In this document: one piece after another, positions 38,706 to 51,463 of the stretch
Layout: every line of letters starts with the position of its first letter
Numbering within the stretch: position 1 is the first letter of the stretch
From: Callorhinchus milii
Lineage: Eukaryota
Direction: 5' to 3'
DNA: 64,000 nucleotides
Assembly (NCBI RefSeq): GCF_018977255.1
Contig: NW_024704807.1
Coordinates: 62,001-126,000, forward strand
The notes under the pieces: generated by a model
The model's input: only the letters and a program-made list of their open reading frames with translations
Databases searched by the model: none
What the model was told of the DNA's origin: nothing
Translations under genes and position numbers: made by a program

Positions 38706-39467
38706 AGTACATCAGGAGAGAGAGCACAGAGATACACAGCGCTGTCAGACACCAGCAGCTGAAAGATGGATAATCTGTTGGCAGATTGGGAAGTGAGAAG
38801 CCGAGAAGAGAATCGAATTCCAATTCCTTCTCCTTTTCTTTCCTGATTGTCATATGAATGCCTTCGTAGTATGAACTCTGGCTGTTTGCCTGGGTAATGT
38901 CGGTACCAGAACAGGTAGTAATATCTCTCAGTCGTGGAATAGCTACATTCAAACGTCCCCGCACTCTTTCTGTCTTCAGCGTCAGTGCATCCTTCTGACT
39001 GACAGAGTCCCCACCACAGAGATCTGTAATAGACATGGAAGATCACGACAAAGCATTATTCGCTATTTGCCTGAATTATTTTACACCACCTTGTGACATC
39101 ATCCTGCTGAAGCGAGAGGCGCTATACGTTTTGTTACTAATCAAATAGTAATCATCCATACAATTTATGTAACACATTGTCACGTCTATGAGTCTTCTTA
39201 CGTTAATTCCTGTGCATTTTCAAGGGCGAAACGCATCTGTCAATTGCACACAACAGTGTTTCTCAAACAGTCGTCCATTGAATGAACACATTATTATTTA
39301 TGGGATTATTACCGACGGGTTCAACCGTGATTAAATGGCGACTGGGTTCCAGCTGACTACTGGGCAAAAAGACGCGTTCGTGTGTCAGCAGCATCACTGA
39401 ATCAGCTCAACACGGCCTCACCTGACATGAAGGTTCCCAGCACCAGACAGACAGCAACCAGCCTCGT
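38706..39467 (-). pseudogene. TCR alpha/delta V pseudogene, family B copy 3 (leader 39422-39467, exon 38706-39023)
   Basis: Start codon is ACG, FR1 is frameshifted (two overlapping ORFs), and the heptamer is TACAGTG. Confidence 0.9.
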
Positions 39468-39819
39468 TGCTGCTCTTCAGTCTGCGTGGCAGTGTCTGGG
39501 CCATCAGTTTGCTGATAACCCGCAGTGATTGTCGGCATTGGCGGAGCCACAGTCTCAAGTCACCTCATTGGCATCTCAGCCGCGTTTCAATACAACAACC
39601 AATTGCTTTTATACCGCGGCGTTCACCAGTCACTGGGGACTGTGAATCCTCCCACTCAGTAACTGATAATTCTACAATCCAAAGCTCTGGCGGGAAGGAC
39701 GCTGACAGCTGAACAAAACTGGATAGCAATGTGAATGGCAAGCTGTTTGATATTAGCTATCTAAGCTCCAGCAAATACACAAACACACTCTGTGAGGGCC
39801 CTAAACCGTAACAATAATA

Positions 39820-40075
39820 TTAATGATAATAATAATAATAATCCTTGCATTTGATATAGCGCTTTTCACGTCGGGAGGACGTCCCGAAGCGCTTCACAGA
39901 ATATACCGTAAAGTGAATTGACTATATACTAGTGGGCGAACGCGGCAGCCAATTGCGCACAGCAATGTCCCACAGACATTCGTAGATTGCAAATGACCAA
40001 TTTATTATCGCTTTTGGTTTTGGAGGGATTATTATTAGGCGTGTGGAGTAAGGAAACTTGCCCAAGATTTCGCCC
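39820..40075 (-). mobile_element. tRNA-derived SINE (body and tail), reverse orientation
   Basis: Reverse complement of the SINE body and (ATT)n tail. Confidence 0.85.
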
Positions 40076-40314
40076 TGACCTTGTCTCTGTCCGACCTGCG
40101 CCTAATGTCCTCCAGTGTGTGTGTGTGCGATCCATTTCAAAATTTTGTCTCTGGGATTTCCATATGTACATTTCAAAATCTCACCTTGAAAAATACTAGA
40201 TTCTATTGGTCAGCTGACAGAGTTCAGCTCTGCCTTAATGTTAGTTGCCAAATTTGAATGTATGCAATGAATGAAACACTAATGTGTTGTTTTTCCAGTG
40301 GCTTTTAACACCTG

Positions 40315-40390
40315 AAGCACAGAGTACAGTAACGCCCCCCCTTGTCAGTCACTGACACCAGAGATACTGAAGCTCCGCCTCCCACATATT
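40315..40390 (-). pseudogene. Short TCR V relic (family G), FR3 end
   Basis: Minus strand reads FSISGVS/TDKGGRYCTLC with a frameshift. It is cut upstream by a SINE tail. Confidence 0.45.
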
Positions 40391-40903
40391 AAATAATAAT
40401 TATCCTTGCATTTGATATTGCGCCTCATCAGGCCTTCGAGACGACCCCAGCGCAATTCACATATTAAACTGTAAAGTGATTTGACTGTGTACGTCGTAAA
40501 CGAGAGCTGACAGCCAATTGAGCAGAGCAGTGTCCCACAAACGGTCGTGGATTGAGTGATAAACTTTTCTAAATAAATGTTCAGGTTTCACTAAAACGGA
40601 AGTAATGTAATAAAAAAAATATTTTTATTATACTTGCAAGCTGAAGCAATTCAATAGACTGGACCTGTAATGCCTAACTCGTTCACTAATTGTTGTCTGC
40701 GTTAATTGTGACAGATAATATGCGGACCTTTAACTAACAAGTTGTTGTGAGGTGAATGTGGTTTTCTCTGAGTCTGACTGCAGACATGTCTGCTCCCCGC
40801 AGGGCCTCAAAACCTGACCAATTTTCCGCACACACTTCAACAGACAGATGTACAAAGTGAAAGCAGTTTTTGTACGAGACTTGCAGTGCAGTCTATCACT
40901 GTG

Positions 40904-41824
40904 GTGATACTAAAGGCACAGTAATACACAGCGCTGTCAGACACCTCCAGCTCAGAGATGGATAAACTGGTAAAGGAACTGGATTTGTATAGATGAGCAG
41001 AGAAACGATTTCCAAATCCTGTTCCTTTGTCTTGATCGTCTCTCCAAGAATATCTCACAACTATAAACTCTGGGAGCCTTTCTCGGTAATGTCGGTACCA
41101 TAAGAGAAGGTAGTTGCTTTCAGTCGTGTGAAATGTACACTCAAAAGTCGCAGTTTCTGTTTCTTTCCTAACTATCGGGGCAACTTTCTGACTGACAGTG
41201 TCCGCATCGCAGAGTTCTGTAATAAACATGGAAGAAAACGACATTATGTTAATCGCTATTTTTCTCAATTATTTCTTTCAGCACCTCGTGACGTTATCCT
41301 GATGAGAAAGGTGCTAAACAGATTGTGTTTGTCAATAATGAAACAATAATAATCAGTGTATTTTACATAACAGATTATCACAATTGCGCACAGCAGTGTC
41401 CCACATTTATTCGAGGAATGAGTTGTCAAATTATTATTTTTAATTTTGAATGCATTCTTTTCCCAGGAAACGAGATCCGCCAATCCGCTAATACGGTTTG
41501 GTAAATTATTATTATTTATTTGATATTATTGCCGTTTATGTTAAAACTGGTGATGAGGATACAGTGTTATTCTTATTGCGGGTAAACACAGTGGCGTGCA
41601 AGTGTTGTAAGGAAACATGATTAAGTTTTCGTCCTGTCCCGTCCGGAATGGAACCCAGATCCTCTCACTTGAGAGGCAAGTGCACAAACGGCTTAACTAC
41701 AGATCTACCTCCACAAATTGTTGTTGAAATGGAGCTGAAAATCAGCAGGAACACTGAGATAGCTCAACACGGCCTCACCTGACATAAAGGTTCCCAGCAC
41801 CAGACAGATAGCAAACAGCCTCAT
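40904..41824 (-). CDS. TCR alpha/delta V, family B copy 4, apparently functional (leader 41779-41824, exon 40904-41216)
   Basis: Leader MRLFAICLVLGTFMS. Exon retains the canonical Cys, Trp and Cys (FEC..LWYRH..DSAVYYCAFSIT). RSS CACAGTG-23-ACAAAAACT. Confidence 0.93.
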
Positions 41825-41884
41825 TGCTGCTCCTCAGTCTGTGTGGTTGTGTCTGTGCCGTCAGTTTGCTGATAACCCGCAGTG

Positions 41885-41928
41885 ATTGTCGGCATTGGCG
41901 GAGCCACAGTCTCACGTCACCTCATTGA
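41885..41928 (-). promoter_or_regulatory. Putative family-B V promoter (CCAAT + CRE-like)
   Basis: cattggcgg, then tcacgtca at 41912-41919, 88 nt upstream of the ATG. Confidence 0.6.
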
Positions 41929-42538
41929 CATCTCAGTCGCGTCTCAACACAACAACCAATTACTTTTATACCTCGGCAGTGAATCCATTCACTCAGCTCC
42001 TGATTACCGCTCGAGCCGAAGCCCTGTGTTGACCGCTGGAGAAACAGCTGTAATGCTTACCAGACAGCACTTTAAATGTCAAGCTATGTGTGTTTAGCTG
42101 CATAGACTCCAGCAACAACGCCATTGCTGCCTCTGGGGTCACCAAATTTTGACTCTTGCCAAACTGTGCCTAATACTCTGTGGAAATAAATGAGCTGAAT
42201 CGTGCCTCCAGAGAGAGACTGCAAATGACGTTTCAATAATATATCTATGGGATTTCGATGCTTGGAGAGTTACATGGAAATTTCAACTTGGTTTGGAGAC
42301 ACTTTAGCACGTTGATGGTTTTCCTCATTTGCTGCCCCCGCCTCCATATGAACTGTATATTTTGTGGGTGGAACGCAGTGAAATTTCGCTCAGTTCCTTC
42401 AAATATAGTCATGGGTCAAGTGATCAAATTATTATTATTGTTATTTTTGAAAGAATTATAGCCCACGGAAAAAGTTTCCATCTCATCCGTAGGGTAACAT
42501 TTTTTCCTGTCCAAATTCTCTCGATTTAAACTATAAAT

Positions 42539-42860
42539 GTGGAGTCCTGTAGCTCAGTGGTTAGAGCACTCGCTTTGCAAGTGAGAGACCTGAGTTCAAT
42601 TCCAGGCAGGGCGAAACCTTGGGCAAGTTTCCTTACTCCACACGCCTAATAATAATCCCTCCAAAAACAAAAAACAATAATAAATTGGTCATTTTCAATC
42701 TACGACTGTTTGTGGGACATTGCTGTGCGCAATTGGCTGCCGCGTTCGCCCACAAATATACAGTCAATTCACTTTGCAGTGTGTTCTGTGAAGCGCTTTG
42801 GGACGTCCTCTCGACGTGAAAAGCGCTATATCAAATGCAAGGATTATTATTATTATTATT
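42539..42860 (+). mobile_element. Full-length tRNA-derived SINE with L2-type 3' tail
   Basis: A-box/B-box tRNA-like head, body and (ATT)n tail. The tail matches the 3' end of the L2 at 32571-32650. Confidence 0.92.
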
Positions 42861-43084
42861 AAATTACTTTGCCTCTTAATGTAAATTACGGATTCAATTT
42901 AAAAATTCATTAATTTATTTGGCAAAAAAATTGATCATCTTTGATGATTTTGTAAATAATATTAGATTTCGCACACTATTGGTCAATGTGCCACAGTTTG
43001 GCGTTGCTTCAAGGTTTATGCAGAACTTGAAGTAAAGCAATGCTTGTTATAATATTGTGTTGCATTTTCCAGTGGCTATTATCA

Positions 43085-43165
43085 TCTAACGCTTCGAATA
43101 CAGCAAAACACCCCTCCGTCAATAACTGTGACGGCACAGATATTGAAGCTCTGCTTCCCATACAC
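43085..43165 (-). pseudogene. Short TCR V relic (family G), FR3 end
   Basis: Minus strand reads FNICAVTVIDGGVFCCIRS. Paralogue of 40315-40390. Confidence 0.45.
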
Positions 43166-43701
43166 CAAATAATAATAATAATAATAATATCAACAATAAT
43201 AATCCTTGCAATTGATACAGCGCCACATCAGGTATTCGACACGACTCATCGCAAATCACAGAATCAGCTATAAAGTGAATTGCCTCTCTATGTTGTGGGC
43301 GAAACGCGAGAGCCAATTAAACGCAGCAATATCTCAAAACCAATCGTGGTTTGAGTGACCATTTTTAAAAAAAATAGTTTTGAAGATGCGATGAACACGT
43401 GGATGTATTTCTATGACAAGGGTTTGTTTTATAATATTGCAAACTAAAATTATTCAATCGCAACTGGATCTGGAATGCCTAATTCGTATATGATTGCTGT
43501 CTGCATTTATTGTGACACATAATGATTTGAACGTTTAGCTGACAAGTTGACGTGAGATGGTTGCGGTTTCCTCTCTCTCTGGCTGCAGACATGTTTGCTC
43601 CCCGCAGGGCATCAAGGATTCGCGCACACTTCAATAGACGGTTCATCCCAACATACATACGACGTTTTTGTACGAGACTTGCAGTGCAGTTTATCACTAT
43701 G

Positions 43702-44624
43702 GTGAGACTAAAGGCACAGTAATACAAAGCGCTGTCAGACACCACCAGCTCAGAGATGGATAAACTGGTGAATGACTTGGATTTCTGCAGCTGAGCAGAG
43801 AAACGGTTTCCAAATCCTGTTCCTTTATACTGATTGTCATCCCGAGAATATCTTCGAACGATAAACTCCGGCTGCTTGACTGGGTAACGTCGGAACCAGT
43901 AGAGATTGTAAGAGCTATATGAAGTGGAATAAGTACACTGAAAAGTCACAGTTTCTCCTTCTTTCCTAACCATCGGGACAGCTTTCTGACTGACAGAGGC
44001 CCCGTCACAGAGATCTGTAATAAAGGAGGAACAGCACGAAAATTTTGCATTCACTCGTTGGCTGACTTATTTTTCCATCGCCTTGGAATTTCTTCCGGAC
44101 AAGAAACGCGCTATAAACATTACGTTTGTCAACCATCAAATAAAAATCATCAATATATTTCATATAGTACATTAGCACGTGGTTGAGATGTTTGTATGCT
44201 TCACACAGAATAGACCATAAAGTGAAATGCTGTGTAATTTTGAGGGCAAAGTTGGCACAGCAGTTTCTCGCACACAGTCGTAGAAACGGTTTCCAAATTA
44301 TTATTTAATTTTGTTAATGTACGATTGAATCTGTAATGGAGGTCACACGTTTCCATGAACAACGTTTGGATTCAGAAACTATTATTACTTGGACGGGTGT
44401 TTAGCCCTGGGTTATAAAACAACGGAGTTTATAAAACAACGGAGTTCCCAATAATGTTAGATAAACAGAGGCTTATGTTTCGAGTAAGGAAACTTGCATA
44501 AGGTTTCCTTCCACCCATTGTTGTGGGAATGGAGCTATCATTCAGCAACAACGCGGAATTAGCTCAACTTGGCCTCACCTGACATAAAGGTTCCCAGCAA
44601 AAGACAGACAGCAAACAACCTCAT
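43702..44624 (-). CDS. TCR alpha/delta V, family B copy 5: intact frame, variant heptamer (leader 44579-44624, exon 43702-44014)
   Basis: Leader MRLFAVCLLLGTFMS. Exon FQC..YWFRR..DSALYYCAFSLT. RSS CATAGTG-23-ACAAAAACG. Confidence 0.88.
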
Positions 44625-44684
44625 TGCTGCTCTTCAGTCTGTGTGGTTATGTCTGTGCCATCAGTTTGCTGATAACCCGCAGTG

Positions 44685-44729
44685 ATTGTCGGCATTGGCG
44701 GAGCCACATTCTCACGTCACCTCATTGGC
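44685..44729 (-). promoter_or_regulatory. Putative family-B V promoter (CCAAT-CRE-CCAAT)
   Basis: cattggcgg..tcacgtca (44712-44719)..cattggc. Confidence 0.6.
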
Positions 44730-45374
44730 ATCTCAGCCGCGTTTCAACACAACAACCAATTGCTTTTATAAAACAGGTTTCACCAGTCACTAGGGGCAGG
44801 GAATCCGCCCACTCAGCTCTTGTTAAACCTGCAAGATAAAGTTCTAACGAGAAAGATGGTGATAGCTGGACAAACAGCGGAAATGGTTGCTATTCAGCAA
44901 TGTCAGTTGCAAGCTACGTGTTTTAATTAGTTGGACTCCAGCGGATACAAATCGTATACTCAGAGGTCACCAAGCCTTGGTTCCTGCCAACCAGCAGCTA
45001 ATAATCTCCGGAATTGGTAAAGCAGCACGTGTCTCTCCAGGCAGAGCGTTGCATTCCTTACCGACAACCAATCTCTGGTATTTCCAAGTATAGGTGGGAT
45101 ACATGAGAATCTCACCTTGGTTTGGAGACTCTCAAGAATGTTATAGGCATTTGTGGACCACCGCAAAACAAAACACTTCAAAAATGTGTAATGTCTACAT
45201 TTTCGTTAAAAAAATCATTCAGCATCATGATTTGGTAAATAATAGTAACTTGTCGCCCTCTGGAGACCATTGGGCCATAGCTCAACCCTGCCTTCATATT
45301 TGATGCCAAACTTGAAGTAAAGCAATGATTGTAGTAATAATGTGTTGAGGTTCCCATTGGCTTATATCACCTGA

Positions 45375-45590
45375 GGCTCAGAGTACAGTAACACACCCTG
45401 CTGTCCGTCACTGTGATGCCACAGATACTGAAGCCCCAACTCCCACACACTAATTCCTCGTCTCACAATTATGTTGAGCTGTTCTGAGCCCAAATGGGCA
45501 ATGTGTCAGTGGAATAGCTCACATTGCAATAGTGAATTGAGACATTATTGCCACTGGCAATTGGATATTGTCGCATTTGCGTACTGCTCA
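45375..45590 (-). pseudogene. Degenerate TCR V relic (family G), FR2-FR3
   Basis: Minus strand reads RQYP....AHLGSEQLNIIVRRG..FSICGITVTDSRVCYCTLSL, with frameshifts. Confidence 0.6.
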
Positions 45591-46640
45591 CCAAGCAGTA
45601 AGGAGAAAACCGGTTGATATTAGATTGGCTAATTACTTTCTGAGTATTATAGTTCCTCCATAATAATAATAATATTATTGGAGTCACGCAATCCACAACT
45701 CTTTGTGAGTCACTGCTGTGCCTATTGGCTGGCTTGTTTCACTCACAAAATGTAGTTTCATTTCCCGTCAAAATATATTCCATGAAGAGTTTTGAGAGGT
45801 ATCGAAGTCGTGATAAGGCGCCGAAGCAATTGCAAAGATTATCAGTATCAAGTCATCTGACTTGTGATATGCAGGCAACCAATCTGGCATTGAGTGTTCA
45901 ACACATTAATATTGTTTGTAATAATTGAAGCGATTATGCCCGCCGGAAAGAGATCCATTAATTAACAAACTACCATTTTTCTGGATCTGCTCGTTTAACA
46001 GAGGCGTGTAGAGTGATTAAATTTGCCCAACGTTTTGCCCTGAAAGGGAATCTAAAATTGGATCCTCTGTCTTGTGAGGACAGAGCTGAAACACATATTC
46101 TGCAAAACTCCACGATTTCCCTTTCTTCGAATGCTTTTATTCCACCCATTTCCCGGGCTGTTTATGGGATACGTCAGTGGGCAAAATGCACGACGGACGC
46201 TTTGAGATATCTCGAAGATACGATTCGCCTTTATATTTAATGCAGAGATTGTTATTTTTATTATCATGTCGGGATACTTTCCAAAGCGCTTCACAAGGTT
46301 GCATATATTTTTATGTGTGCGGTTACATTTTGAGTGTCTTCTGCATTCCACTTTCTTCCATAGAGTCAAAAAAGATAATAGTTCAAATGGTTTGTATTGC
46401 TGCATTTGCAGTTAGCCAACATAATCTCGCCTGTTGTACTCGATTCGCTGGTTATTTTACCCTCTGCCTTTGTGGTGACACACAATTTTGTGAATCTTCA
46501 GCAGACAGATTGACTTGTGGTGAACGTCGTTCGTATGAGAAAAGAACGAAGTTTCCTGGAAAGAAACTGCTCGCCTCAGCGCCACCGCACAAAGCCAGGA
46601 GAGTTGTTGTACGAGGTGGTCTCTGGCATCCATCACTGTG

Positions 46641-46947
46641 GGTGCTGAGTGCACAGTAATACACAGCAGAGTCAGACACCTGTAACTGGGAGATGGTTAA
46701 TTTGTTGGATGTTCTCGAGGTCTGCAGCTCAACTGAGAAACGAGTTTGAGCAAAAGCCGCTTTACGTTCTGGGAGAACTGTACAGCTGCTGAGGATATAC
46801 TCGGGTTGTTTCTCTGAGAGTTTTCGGTACCAGAATAAACAATGGTCGTTCAGTGTTGTAGTATAATTAGTGTCCAAAGTCACTTTCCTCCTTCTGTCTC
46901 AGTCACTGAAGGAACCCAATGAGTAACATAATCTCCCCGGCTCAGAC
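46641..46947 (-). pseudogene. TCR alpha/delta V pseudogene (family D)
   Basis: Acceptor mutated (ttttcat), FR1 frameshifted and first Cys lost. The 3' half WYRK..RFSVELQTS..DSAVYYCALST is intact. RSS CACAGTG-23-ACAACAACT. Confidence 0.85.
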
Positions 46948-48491
46948 ATGAAAAGAAGCGTGAAATAAAAATAAGTTTGAACATACCTAATTATTAAATA
47001 TTCTATACGCTGGATATATTGCCTTATCACAACTTCGAGAAGTCTCACAGCTCTTGTAAAAACACAATGTTAAGTGATTTTACTGTACGTTTTGCAGTCG
47101 AAATGCCGCAGCCAATTGGGCACAGCAATAACCTACAAACAGTCTTAGAACAAGTGACCAATTTATCAGCAAAGTTTTATTTGAATAAATTAATAACCGC
47201 GAAAAAGCAATGTGCCAATCGACTACCAAACATGTATTGGTGCTGCGTGTGGTTTAAGGAAACTTGCCCAATGTTTCTCCCTACTGGGAACGGAACCCAG
47301 GGCTCTCGCTTGTGAGGCCAAGGCTCTAAACACTGAGCTACAAGACTCCACTAATAAAAGCTACGCAATCAATTTTGAACATTGACTGTAACATTGGCGA
47401 TTTGCCTGAATTAATTACCTGCCATAAAAGCAGCCAATGTCGCCCAGATCGCAATTTCCCCCATCGTCTGAGAACTTGTCTGGATGCCCATTGATTAACT
47501 GCGAGATATTTGAGGTGATTGGCTCCAACTTCCGCAATGATGACCTGCGCTGTCGTCCAATAGGTCAAGTGCAAAAAGTCCACGAGATCAGAAATTCTTT
47601 GCAATCAAGTACCTATATATGATTAACATCATAGATCAATAGTATCGTGAACTAAGAAGGAGAGAAGGAGATTTTTTGGTCAATTGTGACTGTTTCGACT
47701 CTATGAGAGAGCTAAACAATGAGTCGCACTCCCCATTCTTTCCCCATATCCATGCAATTTTATTTTCCTTTGTAAGTTCCATTCCAATTCCTTTTTGAAT
47801 ACTACTATGGAATCTGTTGCCACTTTCACAATGTACATTGTAAACCGTAACAAGACTATTATTTTTTTGAAAAAGTCCCTCCGTCTCTCCTCTGTTTTTT
47901 TGACAATTATTTTCAATCTGCGAAAGAAATTCAGAAGCTATAAAAGTCTATTTTGGAATCGAAGTGTGATGCATGATATGAAGAGTTTAGAATAATTGAA
48001 TACACCTTTAAATTATGTTTCACACGAAAAACTTTAATGACAACACAGTATATCACTGAAATGTGCAGTTAACTTTCACTAAGAAAAATGGCCCGAAATC
48101 TGTGGCCAACTGATCAAATATATTATGAAAGTGGGACATCTCAAAGCATTATGCATGATATAACTTGATGTTTAGTGACTGTATCTGTCAGTCAATTGCC
48201 AGTCAATCCACTTTACAGTAGAATCTGTGATTCAATTTGGGGCATCTCGAAGAAATGCATTAAATGTAAGGATTAATAATATTTCTTTCACTTTTTCACT
48301 ACATGAACCACTCTACCACATTATGCTTGAGGTTGGCAATGTGTAACGTGTTTCTTCTGAGAGACACAACAGCAAAGTCACAATCTGTGAAATAGGTCAA
48401 CTGTCAGCATTAACATCTGTCCTTAGATGAAACCCTTACGCTCCTCTATGGAGGTTTATGTGCAGTGGTGTAGTCTGACAGTAACAATGTG

Positions 48492-48754
48492 TGGCCGTGT
48501 CATATAGAGACACCAGTGGTTCCAGTTGTTTTCTCCTCGTGTCCAGATTAATGGTGAAACATTGTGCTGCAAATTCAGCACCGAAAGTGTCCACATTAAA
48601 ATCAGGTCTCCGTGTGTACAGATGAGGCTTCCCTGGTTACTGACAGCACTAGAACATTAAAACATTGCTGAAATCAACAGAGAAGTTGCTGCCCAGGGTT
48701 ACAGTCTGGCGTTCATTAACAGAGACTTCCATCTTTGATGGTTCAACGCTGCCT
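48492..48754 (-). pseudogene. TCR alpha/delta V pseudogene, family A copy 4
   Basis: Homologous to family A but with in-frame stops, loss of Cys1 and a 3' deletion. RSS CACATTG-23-ACATAAACC. Confidence 0.78.
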
Positions 48755-49846
48755 CTGTAGGTAGAGAGAACACGTTATTCACAGTGAAACCAAAGCCGGA
48801 TGTAAAAGCCCTTATTGTTTTAATGGTGAGGGCGAGTGACTTACACATAATGCCCACCGATGAGGAATTGAACAGCGCTAATTTTTTCATCTCCATGTTT
48901 CCAAGCGGGCACCTAAATGGTTTGAAGGCAGCTTGGGAGATAAAAGATTTCTGTCCTGAATCGGGCATGAAAAGAGATGTGGAAGCAATAGTCAACACAG
49001 CAGTGATGGGAACTCATCTGCGTCAGAAAATTGTGTATAGAGGACCCAATTCCGGAATTGGGCCCTGTATCTTCTAAGCTGAAGCTCTAATGCAATGCTG
49101 GTAGTGTAGCGCAATGTCGAATACTGTTGGAGACTCACTTGGAAGCGGGAGACCTGCATTCGATTCCTGGCATGGCGGGATATTGGGGAGGAACACTTAC
49201 TCCATGCACACTCTATTATGTATTATTATAGATTGGTCATTCACTTCATTTATGTTTGTAGGACCTTACTGTGTCCATATTGTCTTTCTGCCACAAATCG
49301 CAAAGTCGTTTTACTTGAAAATGTTTCATATAAAGTGCTGTGGGACGTTTCTTACTGTGAAAAGCGTTGTGCCAATGTTAATTATTACTTAATTACTTAA
49401 TGGTAGAAAGAACAAGGGAATATGTTCAGTGCACATAGAGGCTATTGGTGAGCCAGGTTTCAGCGCAAACACAAACCACAAATTGTCGATCAAACATTTA
49501 TCAAAATCTGCTGAATATTGGCGAAAGCCATTCCCAAAATAAACAGTGAATATCAAAGGAAGTTTTTCGGGCGGGACTTGAAAAAGGATAGAGGGGATGA
49601 GGAGTGGGGGGTTGGGAGAAACGCATGGCGAAAAGATTGATGGGATGTGTTCCAGAGTTTGTAGCGTTTAGTAAAAGTATAATATATTTTAGATTGACTT
49701 GATATGAACTCAGTTAGGTGTAAGCCACAGTGGCGGTTGGGAGAGGGTTTGTTACACTGACTATCACTAACTGTACTGTACTGTTTCCCAGCTTTGGTTG
49801 TGATGAGGGTTATTGTACGAGGTTTCCTATGATGTGTATCACTGTG

Positions 49847-50148
49847 GTGCAGACTGAGTGCACAGTGATACATAGCGGAGTCTGTCAGCCGCAGGTCGGC
49901 GATGGTTAAAACGCTGATTTTCTTGGCAGTGTCAAGAGAAGCAGAAATACGTTCTCCGGTGGGGTTCCCTCCCTCTACTGAGGATTTTTTTTGGAGCAGG
50001 TATTTCATTTCCTCACCAGAGGACTGACGGTACCAGTAGATGATGAAATATTCTTCACTGAATAATATATATTTGCAATGCAATGAAACGGTCTCACCAG
50101 CAAAAGCCGCTTGTTGAGGCTGTGTCTGGCAAACTGCACTACTCGATC
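49847..50148 (-). CDS. Supporting TCR-delta V (leaderless) of NAR-TCR cassette 3
   Basis: Acceptor cccaacag at 50149. Open exon SSSAVCQTQPQQAAFAGETVSLHCKYILFSEEYFIIYWYRQ..YHCALSLH. RSS CACAGTG-23-ACAATAACC at 49808-49846. Confidence 0.92.
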
Positions 50149-50269
50149 CTGTTGGGTTTTAATTTCAAGTTACTTCGAATCATAGTATCTTATAGCACAA
50201 AAAGTGGCTACTCGGCCCACATTGCCTTTACCTTCTCTGTGAAAGAGCAGTCCATCTAATTCCAATCCC

Positions 50270-50760
50270 ATTCTTTTAACCTGAAGCGTTGTATCGTATT
50301 TCTTCCAATTCCAGTTTGAGGGTTATGATACAATCTGTTTGCAGTGCAATTTTAGGCACTGCATTGCAGATTGTCAAATCTTTGCAGGTAAACAAAATTC
50401 TCCTCATCTCCCGTCTGGTTCTTTTACCGTTTAATTTACACTTGTGTCCTCTGGAAACTGATTCACTGGACTGCGGAAGCACTTTCTCCTCATCTACCCT
50501 ATCAAAATCCTTTCACAATTTTGAACATTTGAATTAAATCTCCTCTCAACCTTCGCTGCTCCACGGAGAACATTGCCAAACAGTAGTCTCTTCACATAAA
50601 TGAAGCCACTCTTCCCTGGAATCACTGTGGTAAAACCCATTTGACTCCTTTTCGAAGGCCATGGCATCATTCTTAATTTGTACGTGAAATTCTTTTCACC
50701 AAATATAAGGATTACTGTTGTAACAGTGAAATTAAGAAATTCTGAATGGATTAAGTATAC
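50270..50760 (-). mobile_element. CR1 LINE 3' fragment
   Basis: Minus strand reads EQRRLRGDLIQMFKIVKG..RGHKCKLNGKRTRREMRR, matching the CR1 ORF2 C-terminus. Confidence 0.8.
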
Positions 50761-51463
50761 AGTGCTCTGCTCCAGCATATCCGCTCCAAATATGAACCAT
50801 ATTTTAATGCAAGCACAGACAGTGTGACTATTCGTGTGACACAATTGACATGATCTCTCTTAAATGCACCATTTAATTTAGATTTGTTCCTCTAATCATA
50901 TATTTGTTTGCTGAAGCTGATTATCCACATTGAGGCTTTGGGTGTCTGTGATCATGGGAATGTTTAGCAAGGAATCAGGTGTCAGATTATACCGTTAACT
51001 CTGCGGGTTTACAGTTGAGGCAACTGGAGAGTTTCCTGCTGTAAATATCGTTACTTTAAGACCGCTGCTGGAGGAGGTTTATTCTCTGGTTTGTTGCCAA
51101 TATCAGTTTCTCTCTCAGTCTGTGAGCAGCTCAATGCAGTTTCAATTGTGGAATAAAACATAAAGNNNNNNNNNNNNNNNNNNNNNNNNNNNNNNNNNNN
51201 NNNNNNNNNNNNNNNNNNNNNNNNNNNNNNNNNNNNNNNNNNNNNNNNNNNNNNNNNNNNNNNNNNNNNNNNNNNNNNNNNNNNNNNNNNNNNNNNNNNN
51301 NNNNNNNNNNNNNNNNNNNNNNNNNNNNNNNNNNNNNNNNNNNNNNNNNNNNNNNNNNNNNNNNNNNNNNNNNNNNNNNNNNNNNNNNNNNNNNNNNNNN
51401 NNNNNNGTTGCTTTTCGTTTCTTTTAATTTAAGTTAATTTCGATCGATTATTGATTCACTCAC

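Noticed and set aside
42539-42612. tRNA-Ala(TGC)-like sequences here and at 21286, 30299, 25311, 59433 and about 55560
   Set aside because: They continue into a SINE body and tail, have no matching acceptor stem, and the anticodon position varies between copies. They are SINE heads, not tRNA genes.
49045-49062. 18-bp perfect palindrome cccaattccggaattggg
   Set aside because: Single copy, absent from paralogous modules, with no associated element ends.
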